A stretch of 32,000 nt of DNA, from the NCBI RefSeq assembly GCF_000017305.1, contig NC_009664.2:2130001-2162000 (forward strand), read 5' to 3'. Origin of the DNA: Kineococcus radiotolerans SRS30216 = ATCC BAA-149 (GTDB lineage Bacteria > Actinomycetota > Actinomycetes > Actinomycetales > Kineococcaceae). The position numbers and the translations under genes are program-made. Of this stretch, positions 1-8,188 are shown piece after piece. The notes below the pieces were generated by a model. It made no database searches. It saw nothing but the letters and a program-made list of their open reading frames with translations, and was not told the origin of the DNA. Each line of letters begins with the position of its first letter. The first letter of the stretch is position 1.

Positions 1-1475
1 TAGACCGCCTCGGGGCTGCGGATGGCCCGTTCCACGGTGTAGCCGGAGTTGTTGACCAGCAGGATCGTCGGGGTGAGGCCCTCGGCGAGGATCCGCCCGA
101 GTTCCTGGATCGTCAGCTGCGCGGAACCGTCGCCGATGACCAGGACGGTCTCCCGGCCGGGACGGGCGAGCATCGCGCCGAGGGTCGCGGGCAGCGTGTA
201 CCCGATGGAGGACCAGACCGGCTGCCCCAGCAGGTCGCAGCCGTCGGGGGTGGTGAGTTCCAGCGCCCCGTAGAACGAGGTCCCCGCCTCGGCGACGAGC
301 AGGGTGCCCGGGTTCAGCCAGCGCTGCAGCAGCGGCCAGAGGTCGGCGTGGGTCAGCGGGCCGTCGGGTTCGGCGGGCACGTGCGGTGCGAGGGCCGGGA
401 CCTCCTGGCGCGGCAGCGGCCCGGGACGGGGCGAGCGCGCGTCGAGGACCTCCTCCAGGATGCGCAGCGACTCCTCCAGGTACAGGCCGTAGAACGCCGT
501 CCCCGCGATGCGGGCGTGGTCCAGCTGCAGGTCCACCGAGGCCTCCGGGTCGAAGGCGTGGCTGAACGAGCCGGTGAGGAAGTCGCTCATCAGCACCCCC
601 GCGAGGACGAGCGGCCGGGCCCCGTCGACGGCGCGACGGGTCCGGGCGGAGCGGGTGAACTCCCCCGCGTACACCCCGAGGTTCGCGGGGTGGGACTCGT
701 CGAGCATCGCCTTGGACGCCGACTGCGTCGCGACCCGGACGCCGTTCTGGGCGGCGATGGCCCGCACGAGGTCCTCCAGGTTCCGCCGGTGCAGCCGGGG
801 ACCGGCGAGGACGGTGACCTCGGGGGCGTCCCCGAGGAACTGCGCGAGCGCGGTGCGGAACTCCTCCGCCGCCCCCGCGTCGCTGCGCAGGACGCGCAGC
901 GGGCGCGACAGCGGGGCGGCCGGGACGGGGTGGACGGCGACGTCGGCGGGGACGCCGAGGTAGACGGGTTTCGACGTGCCGACCGCGGTGAGCAGGGCCT
1001 GGTCGATCGCGGTCGTCGCCCCCTGGGCCCGCACGACCACGGCCGAGGCCGTCACCTCGGCGGCGATCCGCACGAAGTGCCCGAAGTCGCCGTCGGCGAG
1101 GGAGTGGTGCAGCAGCGCCCCCCGGCTCATCGCGGTGGTCGGGGGGAGCCCGACGACGTGCACGACGGGGACGTCCTCGGCGTAGCTGCCGGCGAGGGCG
1201 TTGACCGCGGACAGCTCCCCGACGCCGAACGTCGTGACCACCGCCGCCGGCCCGCGCCGCAGGCGCGCGTACCCGTCGGCGGCGTACCCGGCGTTGAGCT
1301 CGTTGGACGACCCGACCCAGCGCAGGCCGGTCGCGGCCAGCACCTCGTCGAGCAGGGCGAGGTTGAAGTCGCCCGGCAGTCCGAAGACGTGGCCGACGCC
1401 GAGCTGCTCGAGGCGGCGGCCGAGGTAGCCCCCGACGGTGGTGGTCGAGGTGTCCGGGGCCGGTGCGGGGGTCAT
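1..1475 (-). CDS. Thiamine-diphosphate-dependent 2-keto-acid decarboxylase (indolepyruvate/pyruvate decarboxylase family); C-terminus runs off the left window edge
   Basis: It is absent from the ORF track because it has no in-window stop. Minus-strand translation from ATG at 1475 reads MTPAPAPDTSTTTVGGYLGRRLEQLGVGHVFGLPGDFNLALLDEV...SSNELNAGYAADGYARL...TTFGVGELSAVNALAGSYAEDVPVVHVVG, which matches the N-terminal Pyr domain of PDC/IPDC-type enzymes. Near positions 1-180 the same frame reads VLVIGDGSAQLTIQELGRILAEGLTPTILLVNNSGYTVERAI, the ThDP-binding GDGS...NN motif. GC3 is near saturation. Confidence 0.88.
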   Translation of the reverse strand, partial: MTPAPAPDTSTTTVGGYLGRRLEQLGVGHVFGLPGDFNLALLDEVLAATGLRWVGSSNELNAGYAADGYARLRRGPAAVVTTFGVGELSAVNALAGSYAEDVPVVHVVGLPPTTAMSRGALLHHSLADGDFGHFVRIAAEVTASAVVVRAQGATTAIDQALLTAVGTSKPVYLGVPADVAVHPVPAAPLSRPLRVLRSDAGAAEEFRTALAQFLGDAPEVTVLAGPRLHRRNLEDLVRAIAAQNGVRVATQSASKAMLDESHPANLGVYAGEFTRSARTRRAVDGARPLVLAGVLMSDFLTGSFSHAFDPEASVDLQLDHARIAGTAFYGLYLEESLRILEEVLDARSPRPGPLPRQEVPALAPHVPAEPDGPLTHADLWPLLQRWLNPGTLLVAEAGTSFYGALELTTPDGCDLLGQPVWSSIGYTLPATLGAMLARPGRETVLVIGDGSAQLTIQELGRILAEGLTPTILLVNNSGYTVERAIRSPEAV

Positions 1476-1568
1476 GCCGTGATGACACGCCCGCCCGGGC
1501 GGATCGCGCAACAGAGCGCGGCGACGTTGGTCGTTCCGACCAGTCCCGCTCCCGCGCCCTCGCCTAGG

Positions 1569-2033
1569 GTGATCGACGTGACCACCCTGGACGGCACGGA
1601 CCGGCGCATCCTCGTCGCCCTCGACCGCGACCCGCGCGCCACCGTCGCGCAACTGGCCATGGACCTGGGCCTGGCCCGGGGCACGGTGCACAGCCGGCTG
1701 GAGAAGCTCGCCGGCGACGGCACGCTGCGGTTGAACTCGACGCGGCTGGACCCGGCGCGGGTCGGGTTGTCCATGCGCGCCCTGGTCACGGCGAGCGTGG
1801 AGCAGAGCGAGTTCGACGGGATGGTCGAGGACGTGTCCCGCATCCCCGAGGTCGTGGAGTGCCTCGGCATCTCCGGCGACTCGGACCTGATGATCCAGAT
1901 CGCGGCCCGCGACGCGGACCACGTCTACGACATCACCCAGCGGATCATGAGCTGCCGCGGGATCCGCCGGACCTCGACGTCGATCGTGCTGCGGGAGCTG
2001 CTGGCCTACCGGACCGAGCACCTGCTGCGCTGA
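1569..2033 (+). CDS. Lrp/AsnC-family transcriptional regulator
   Basis: This is the C-terminal part of track ORF 348..2033. It reads (V)IDVTTLDGTDRRILVALDRDPRATVAQLAMDLGLARGTVHSRLEKLAGDGTL (HTH_AsnC) followed by an RAM/AsnC_trans_reg-like half (ALVTASVEQSEFDGMVEDVSRIPEVVECLGISGDSDLMIQIAARD). About 154 aa is the typical family size. The start is uncertain: GTG 1569, GTG 1578 and ATG 1482 are all in frame. The upstream 400 aa of the track ORF is antisense to the decarboxylase and is not real. Confidence 0.85.
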   Translation: MIDVTTLDGTDRRILVALDRDPRATVAQLAMDLGLARGTVHSRLEKLAGDGTLRLNSTRLDPARVGLSMRALVTASVEQSEFDGMVEDVSRIPEVVECLGISGDSDLMIQIAARDADHVYDITQRIMSCRGIRRTSTSIVLRELLAYRTEHLLR

Positions 2034-2184
2034 GGGGTGCGGCCCCGGCGGGTGGTTCGCCGCGGCACCCACCGTGCACGGGACGTTGGGCGCGAGTTCC
2101 CCGGGGGTTTCCGGGGCCCTGCCAGGTTGTGCCTGCCCTGAGGAGCCGGCGCCGAGCGCCGGAGCATCGATCGAGAGGTTCCCG

Positions 2185-4200
2185 GTGTCCGACACCCAGT
2201 CAACCGCAGATGAGAACAACTCGCAAGAGCGCCGTGGGTTCTTCACCCGCCGGGGCCTGCTGGGGACGGGCGGTCTCGCGACCGCCGTCGTCTTCGGCAA
2301 GGGCCTCGTCGACGCCTCCGCCGCCTCCGCGGCCCCGGCCTACGTGCCCGCCCAGCTGAACGCCAAGGACGCGCACTACTCCACGACCTTCCGCCGGATC
2401 ACGCGCAGCACCGGCACCGGCAGCGCGGTCAAGGTCCTCCCCCTGGACCGCGCGAAGTTCCAGGTCGGCTCGACGTTCGACCTGCGCGTCGAGGCCACCG
2501 GGGTCGACCCCGAGACCACGCGGATCGTCATCAGGGTCAGCGACGGCAGCGGCCCCGCCCCGCTGCTGGGCCCCGCTCCCGTCCGCACCAGCTCCGCCCC
2601 CGACTCGGTCGAGGTCACCTACCGGGACTTCGTCTACCCGGCCGCCGGCACCTTCACCATCGCCGCCGCGGTGTCCTCCTCCGCGGGTTCCGCCTCCCAG
2701 GAGGTGACGCACGAGGTGGTGCTGGCCGACGCCTCGGGCGAGACCGCCAAGAACGTCATCTTCTTCCTCGGCGACGGCATGGGCCAGGCCGCCATCACCG
2801 GCGCCCGGATCCTCTCCAAGGGCATCACCGAGGGCAAGTACGACGCCTTCCTGGAGATGGACACCCTCGACTTCCGCGGCAACGTCACCACCTCCGGCAG
2901 CGACTCGATCGCCACCGACTCCGCCAACTCGATGTCGGCGTACATGACCGGCCACAAGACGGCCGTCAACGCCATGGGCGTCTACCCGGGCAACTCCGAG
3001 GACCCGACGGCCAGCCCGCGCGTGGAGACGATGGCCGAGGTGCTCAAGCGCTCGCGCGGCATGTCCATCGGCATCGTCACCACCGCCGAGATCCAGGACG
3101 CCACCCCGGCCGCGGTGTTCGCGCACACCCGCCGCCGCTCCGAGTACCTCGACATCATGGAGCAGGCGCTGACGCCGGAGCAGATGCCCGACGTCTACAT
3201 GGGCGGCGGCCGCGCCTCGCTCCTCCCCCAGTCCCAGAAGGGTTCGCGCCGCACGGACGAGCGCAACCTCATCGAGGAGTTCAAGGACAAGGGCTTCGCC
3301 TACGCGGGCACCCGCACCGAGCTCTCCGCCGTCATGGCGGCCGGGACCCCCGACAAGCTGCTCGGGACGTTCCACAACGGGAACCTGAACGTCTACATCG
3401 ACCGCCGGATCACCCCGGACCCCGCCGTCCTCGGCGAGTTCCCCGACCAGCCCGGCCTCGTGGAGATGACGAGGGCCGCGCTGAAGGTCCTGGAGAAGAA
3501 CGACAAGGGCTTCTTCCTCATGGTCGAGGGCGCCTCGATCGACAAGTCCGAGCACCCGCTCGACGGCCCCCGCGCCGTGTACGACACGATCGAGCTCGAC
3601 CAGGCCGTGGCCGTGGCCAAGGAGTGGGCGAAGGACCGCGACGACACCCTCATCGTCGTGACCGCCGACCACAACCACGCGATGAGCATCGCCGGCACGC
3701 ACACCCTCTCCCGGGAGGGTTCGCCCGCCCGCCAGCAGAACGGCGTGTACGCCGACGCCGGGTTCCCCACCTACGTCGACGCGGACGGCGACGGGTTCCC
3801 CGACGACCCCAACCCCGACGTGCAGCTGTTCTTCGGCTGGTCGAACCACCCCGACCACCCCGACGACTTCGCGCACAACCCCGTCCTGGCCCAGCCGGCG
3901 CTGGAGGACCCCGCCACCGAGCAGGCGTTCCCCAACCCCAACCGCGACCCGGGCGCGGTCGTCCAGATCGGCAACCTGCCGCTGGAGGAGACCAACTGCG
4001 TCCACACGGTCGAGGACGTCTTCATCGGCGCCTCCGGCCCCGGCGCGCAGCGCTTCGCGAAGCTGCTGGACAACACCGAGGTGTTCCACAACGTCATCGC
4101 GGCGCTGGGCCTGCAGATCCCGACGTACTCGCTGAGGAGCAGCGGCGGCAAGGTCGCCGAGGCCGAGGTCGCGGCGACGGAGGCCACGCCGGCCGGCTGA
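2185..4200 (+). CDS. Tat-exported PhoA-family alkaline phosphatase with an extra N-terminal beta-rich domain and an acidic C-terminal extension
   Basis: Track ORF is 2074..4200. I moved the start to GTG 2185, which has GAGAGG at 2174-2179. This gives VSDTQSTADENNSQERRGFFTRRGLLGTGGLATAVVFG, a twin-arginine signal. The catalytic blocks FFLGDGMG, TDSANSMSAYMTGHKT (Ser nucleophile), QDATPAAVFAHT, EGASIDKSEHP and VTADHNHAMSI parallel E. coli PhoA motifs. Confidence 0.9.
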   Translation: MSDTQSTADENNSQERRGFFTRRGLLGTGGLATAVVFGKGLVDASAASAAPAYVPAQLNAKDAHYSTTFRRITRSTGTGSAVKVLPLDRAKFQVGSTFDLRVEATGVDPETTRIVIRVSDGSGPAPLLGPAPVRTSSAPDSVEVTYRDFVYPAAGTFTIAAAVSSSAGSASQEVTHEVVLADASGETAKNVIFFLGDGMGQAAITGARILSKGITEGKYDAFLEMDTLDFRGNVTTSGSDSIATDSANSMSAYMTGHKTAVNAMGVYPGNSEDPTASPRVETMAEVLKRSRGMSIGIVTTAEIQDATPAAVFAHTRRRSEYLDIMEQALTPEQMPDVYMGGGRASLLPQSQKGSRRTDERNLIEEFKDKGFAYAGTRTELSAVMAAGTPDKLLGTFHNGNLNVYIDRRITPDPAVLGEFPDQPGLVEMTRAALKVLEKNDKGFFLMVEGASIDKSEHPLDGPRAVYDTIELDQAVAVAKEWAKDRDDTLIVVTADHNHAMSIAGTHTLSREGSPARQQNGVYADAGFPTYVDADGDGFPDDPNPDVQLFFGWSNHPDHPDDFAHNPVLAQPALEDPATEQAFPNPNRDPGAVVQIGNLPLEETNCVHTVEDVFIGASGPGAQRFAKLLDNTEVFHNVIAALGLQIPTYSLRSSGGKVAEAEVAATEATPAG

Positions 4201-4209
4201 CCCCCGGCC

Positions 4210-4248
4210 CGGACGCCCCCCGCCACCACCGGTGGCGGGGGGCGTCCG
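4210..4248. terminator. Bidirectional GC-rich hairpin between convergent genes (18-bp perfect stem, 3-nt loop)
   Basis: cggacgccccccgccacc-acc-ggtggcggggggcgtccg. The arms are exact reverse complements. It sits 10 nt after the phosphatase stop and 41 nt after the minus-strand stop at 4289. There is no U-tract, which is common in high-GC actinobacteria. Confidence 0.6.
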
Positions 4249-4288
4249 CACGTCCCGCGGCCCCGTCCCCACCCGTCGGGGGCGGGGG

Positions 4289-6565
4289 TCAGGCCCCCAG
4301 CCCGCTCACCACGGCGGCCGGGGCCGGGGCGGGCCGGCCCAGGTGGTAGCCCTGGCCGTGGGAGACGCCCAGGGCGCGCAGGCAGTCCAGCTCCTCCGCG
4401 GTCTCGACGCCCTCGGCGATGACGCGGGCGCCGGTCTGGTGGGCGAAGGTGGTCAGCGCGGCGGCCAGGGCGCGGCGGGTGCCGTCGCGGTCGATGCCGC
4501 GGATGAGCCCGATGTCCAGCTTGATGAAGTCCGGCTGCAGCGTCAGGACGTGGCGCATGCTGGCGAACCCGGCACCGGCGTCGTCCACGGCGATGCGCAG
4601 CCCGCCCTGGCGCAGCGGGGCGAGGTGGCGCAGCAGGGCGGTGTAGTCGCTGACCTGCTCGTGCTCGGTGACCTCGACGACGAGGGTCCGCAGGTCCTCC
4701 TCCTGCAGGACCCGGGCCAGGGCCGGGGAGGCGGCCACGGCGGGGCTGACGTTCAGCGACAGGAACCCCTCCCCGAGCGGGCGCTGGGCCAGCGCGGCCC
4801 GCACGGCGGCCAGCTCCAGCTGCTCCCCGGCCCCCACCCCGGCGGCGTCGGCGAACCAGGTGTCGGGGGCGCCGTGGGGGAAGCGGCTGAGGGCCTCGTC
4901 CCCGACGCGGCGCAACCCCTCCAGCTCGACGATGGGCTGGTAGACCGGGCGCGGCCCGCCCTCGCGGTGCAGGGCGTCCAGGCGCGCCAGCACGGCGCGG
5001 CGGCGCAGCGCCTGCTGGTGGTCGCGGGTCAGCAGCTCCCCCAGCGCCTCGGCGATGATCTCCAGGACGCCGCGGTCGCGCGGGCGCAGCTCCGGCTGCG
5101 GGGTGCTCGACAGCGCGCACAGGGTGCCGTAGAGGCTGCCGTCGTTGAAGCGCACCGGCACCCCGACGTAGGCGCCGATGTCGAGGGCGGCGGTGATGGG
5201 CAGCGCGGCGGTGACCGGGTGCGCGGCGGCGTCGGGGACCACGGCGCTCAGCCGCCCCGCCAGGACGTGGCGGCAGTAGGTGCCCCGCAGGTCCCAGGAC
5301 AACCCCGGGACCAGCGCCGTCCCCGGGCCGGCGGCGACGTGGCGCAGGGTCCAGACCTCGCCCTCGAAGCGGGCCAGCACCGCGGCCTCCATGCCCAGCT
5401 GGCGCCGGGCGGCGTCGAGGAGCCGCTCGATGCGCAGGGTCAGCTCCGGGTCCCCGCCCGCCCCGTCCGCGCCGTCGGCCCCGAACGCGACGGGGGGCTC
5501 GTCGAGGGGGCCCGCCGGCGGGGTGCGCGGCTGCGCGGCGGCCGCGCGGGCCCGCTGGGCGCGCGCGGCCCGGTCCACGCGCGCGGCCGCGTCGGCCTCG
5601 CGCCAGGCCGCGGGCAGACCGGTGGCGGCGCGGCGGGTCCCCACCCCCAGCGAGGCGGGCACGCCCGCGTCGGCCAGCGCGGCGCGCAGGCCCTCCAGCG
5701 CGGCGGTGGCGGCGGCGCGGTCCGCGTCGGGCAGGAGCGCGGCGAACTCGTCCCCGCCCAGGCGCACGACCAGGTCCTCGGGGCGCAGGTGCTCGCGCAG
5801 CACCTGCCCCGCGCGCACGATCAGCCGGTCCCCGGCGTCGTGCCCCTCGGCGCGGTTGAGCTCCTTCAGCCCGCCCAGGGCGAGCAGCAGCACCGAGGCC
5901 GTCGAGCCCAGGCGCTTCGCGCGGGCCTCCTCGGCGGCCAGCGCCGCGTCCCACGCGCGGCGGTCGCCGAGGCCGGTGACCGCGTCGCGCCCGGCGGCCT
6001 CCCGGGCGCGGTGCGCCTCCCGCTCCAGGCGCAGCTCGTGGCCGAGCACGGTGGCGAGCAGGTCCGCCGCCAGCTCCACGTCGGGCAGTTGCAGCCCCAC
6101 CGCCGGGTCGACCGGCTCCAGGGACCCGGCGCACACCGTCCCCAGGACGGTGCCGTCGGGGGCGGTCATCGGCACGGAGAGGTAGGAGCGCCACGGGAAG
6201 CCCGTGGCGGCCAGGGCGCGCTCCCAGGCGGGTTCGCGCTCCACGCACGGGGAGAAGCGGGGGGTGTCGCCGGCCACCGTGGCCGCGCAGAAGGTGTCGT
6301 CCCAGGCCATCACGCCGCCGTCGCGCATGCCGACCCGGCCCGCGTCGAGCGCGGAGAGGACGACGTAGTCCTCCCCGTCGCGGCGCGCCACGGCCCAGGT
6401 GTCCATCCCCACGCGCTGGTGCAGGTGCCGCAGCGTCGCGGCCGCCGCAGAGGCGAAGTCGCTCACCGGGGGCAGCAGGACGGCCGGCGCCCCGGCCCCG
6501 TCCCCGTGCGCGCCACCCCGTCCACGTCCCTCGACGTCCATCTCCGGCCCCACCTCCGCTCCCAT
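4289..6565 (-). CDS. Composite c-di-GMP turnover protein: GAF - GGDEF - GAF - EAL
   Basis: Track ORF of 758 aa. The GGDEF domain reads RDAVTGLGDRRAW...NRAEGHDAGDRLI...RPEDLVVRLGGDEFAALL, with an intact GGDEF motif and RxxD exactly 5 residues upstream (I-site spacing as in PleD). The EAL domain reads YQPIVELEGLRRVGDEALSRF, SLNVSP, VVEVTEHE, IAVDDAGAGFASM, DFIKLD, IAEGVET, GQGYHLGRP, so all catalytic signature blocks are present. Two GAF-like sensor regions precede each catalytic domain. An alternative start is ATG 6541. Confidence 0.92.
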   Translation of the reverse strand: MGAEVGPEMDVEGRGRGGAHGDGAGAPAVLLPPVSDFASAAAATLRHLHQRVGMDTWAVARRDGEDYVVLSALDAGRVGMRDGGVMAWDDTFCAATVAGDTPRFSPCVEREPAWERALAATGFPWRSYLSVPMTAPDGTVLGTVCAGSLEPVDPAVGLQLPDVELAADLLATVLGHELRLEREAHRAREAAGRDAVTGLGDRRAWDAALAAEEARAKRLGSTASVLLLALGGLKELNRAEGHDAGDRLIVRAGQVLREHLRPEDLVVRLGGDEFAALLPDADRAAATAALEGLRAALADAGVPASLGVGTRRAATGLPAAWREADAAARVDRAARAQRARAAAAQPRTPPAGPLDEPPVAFGADGADGAGGDPELTLRIERLLDAARRQLGMEAAVLARFEGEVWTLRHVAAGPGTALVPGLSWDLRGTYCRHVLAGRLSAVVPDAAAHPVTAALPITAALDIGAYVGVPVRFNDGSLYGTLCALSSTPQPELRPRDRGVLEIIAEALGELLTRDHQQALRRRAVLARLDALHREGGPRPVYQPIVELEGLRRVGDEALSRFPHGAPDTWFADAAGVGAGEQLELAAVRAALAQRPLGEGFLSLNVSPAVAASPALARVLQEEDLRTLVVEVTEHEQVSDYTALLRHLAPLRQGGLRIAVDDAGAGFASMRHVLTLQPDFIKLDIGLIRGIDRDGTRRALAAALTTFAHQTGARVIAEGVETAEELDCLRALGVSHGQGYHLGRPAPAPAAVVSGLGA

Positions 6566-6622
6566 CCTGGCCCGGCGACCCCGCCGGTGCCGACCCGTGA
6601 GCGGCGCCGACCCGCGCCGGGG

Positions 6623-8188
6623 TCAGCGCCCGGGCGCACCGCACACCCCCGCGACCCGGTTGCGCCCGCCGCGCTTGGCCTCGTAGAGGCGGGCGTCCGC
6701 GTCGACGAGGAGGCTCGACCAGGTCGGCGCCGGCCCGGTGGTGCCCGTGGTGGCGGTGAAGCCGATGCTCACGGTGACGGGGAGACCGCCCGAGCGGGCC
6801 GACCAGTCGTGACCCTCGACACCCGCCCGCAGGGCCTCGGCCGAGACCCCGACCGCCTCCGGCGCCCAGCCCTCCCACACCACGACGAACTCCTCCCCGC
6901 CCAGGCGGGCGCAGACCACGCCCGGCGCCGCCGCGACGTACCGCTGCAGCAGCGTCCCCAGCTCGCGCAGGACGGCGTCGCCCGCGTCGTGGGAGCGCTC
7001 GTCGTTGATGCGCTTGAAGTGGTCGAGGTCCACCACGGCGAGCGCGACGGGACCGGGCTCGGCCAGCACCCGGTGCACGTGCTCCTCGACGGCCCGGCGG
7101 TTGGGCAGGCCGGTGAGGGAGTCGGTGAGGGCCAGGGTGCGGAAGCGGTCGCGGTCCCGGCGCGCGGTCGAGGCGTCGAACTGCGCCTGGGCCAGCAGCG
7201 CCCGCGCGGCGTCCTGCCGGGCCTGCAACCGCACGTGCTCGGCGTGGAAGCGGACGTGGGCCCGGTAGGCGCCCTCCCAGTCGCCGACGCCGGCGCGGTG
7301 GGTCGCCTCCGCCTCCTCGACCGCGGCCAGCACCCCCGGCAGCCGGCGCTCGACCCCCGCGGCGCGCGCCGCCCGCAGCTGCTCCAGCGCCTCCGCCGGG
7401 CGGCCGAGGTCCATGAGGACGCGGAAGGCGGTCAGCCGCGCGACGGGTTCCTGGTCCACGTCGACGTCGGGGCAGTCCGGGCGCAGCGCCTCGGTGATCG
7501 TCGCCCACGCCTCCTCCGGGCGGCCGTCGTGCAGCTCCACCGTGGCGATGGTGTCCAGGTCCGCCCGGCGCAGCCGGGCGCCGGAGGTCGCCGCCAGCCG
7601 GCGCATCCGCCGCGCCAGGCGCACCGCCTCCTCCAGCCGGCCCGCCTCGGCCCACTCCCAGGCGGCGTTGTTCAGCGCGCACAGCTCCAGCGCGACGTCG
7701 CCCTCGGCCGCGGCCAGGGCCAGGACCTCCTCGAGGACGGCGTCGTAGGACCCGAAGGCGCGGTCGAGGACGACGCTGAGCATCAGCAGGTGCTCCGCGC
7801 GCAGCCAGCCGGGCGCCTCGGCGGGCAGCAGCTCCACCGCGCGCAGGGCGTGCCAGCGCGCCCCGTCGACGTCCCCGGCCCGCCGGTGCAGCTGCGAGCG
7901 CTGGAAGTGGGTGCGGGCCAGCAGTTCCGCGTCGCCGCTGCCCAGGGCGACCCGCACGGCGTCCTGGACGAGGGCGCCGGCGGTCTCGGCGTCCCCGCGG
8001 GCACCGGCGACGTCGGCGCGGACCAGCGCGGCGCGCGCGGCGGCCACCGCGTCCCCCGCCGCGTCGGCGGCGCGCTCCAGGTCCCGGGCGGTCCCCGCCT
8101 GGCCCAGCAGGCCCAGGCCGCGGGCGCGCTCGAGGGCGCGGACCCGGTCGACCAGGGACGCGGGGGACGTCGCCGGTCCAGTCGTCAC
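6623..8188 (-). CDS. Diguanylate cyclase (GGEEF) with a long helical/TPR-like N-terminal domain
   Basis: This is the C-terminal 521 aa of track ORF 6623..8743. It reads DSLTGLPNRRAVEEHV...VVDLDHFKRINDERSHDAGDAVLRELG...VVCARLGGEEFVVVW...SIGFT...ADARLYEAKRGGRNRV. There is no RxxD at the I-site position (APGV). The N-terminal 350 aa is Ala/Leu/Arg-rich repeated helices (e.g. AEALEQLRAARAAG, EEAVRLARRMRRLAA). The start is set at GTG 8188, which overlaps the upstream stop as GTGA. Confidence 0.85.
   Translation of the reverse strand: MTTGPATSPASLVDRVRALERARGLGLLGQAGTARDLERAADAAGDAVAAARAALVRADVAGARGDAETAGALVQDAVRVALGSGDAELLARTHFQRSQLHRRAGDVDGARWHALRAVELLPAEAPGWLRAEHLLMLSVVLDRAFGSYDAVLEEVLALAAAEGDVALELCALNNAAWEWAEAGRLEEAVRLARRMRRLAATSGARLRRADLDTIATVELHDGRPEEAWATITEALRPDCPDVDVDQEPVARLTAFRVLMDLGRPAEALEQLRAARAAGVERRLPGVLAAVEEAEATHRAGVGDWEGAYRAHVRFHAEHVRLQARQDAARALLAQAQFDASTARRDRDRFRTLALTDSLTGLPNRRAVEEHVHRVLAEPGPVALAVVDLDHFKRINDERSHDAGDAVLRELGTLLQRYVAAAPGVVCARLGGEEFVVVWEGWAPEAVGVSAEALRAGVEGHDWSARSGGLPVTVSIGFTATTGTTGPAPTWSSLLVDADARLYEAKRGGRNRVAGVCGAPGR

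Noticed and set aside
348-1568. The N-terminal 400 aa of track ORF 348..2033, and the equivalent over-extensions of 19366..21603, 21653..22963, 23009..25702, 22979..25546 and 19959..21110
   Set aside because: In each case only the C-terminal segment has family motifs, a plausible RBS or a signal peptide. The extension is antisense to a confidently called gene and is compositionally degenerate.
2096-2117. PHO-box (PhoP-binding direct repeats) upstream of the alkaline phosphatase
   Set aside because: GTTCCCCGGGG/GTTTCCGGGGC has the 11-nt periodicity. However, unit 1 matches only about 8 of 11 consensus positions of the Streptomyces G(G/T)TCAYYYR(G/C)G unit, and unit 2 matches fewer. The segment is also just a CCCCGGGG-type palindrome. 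This is too weak to annotate.
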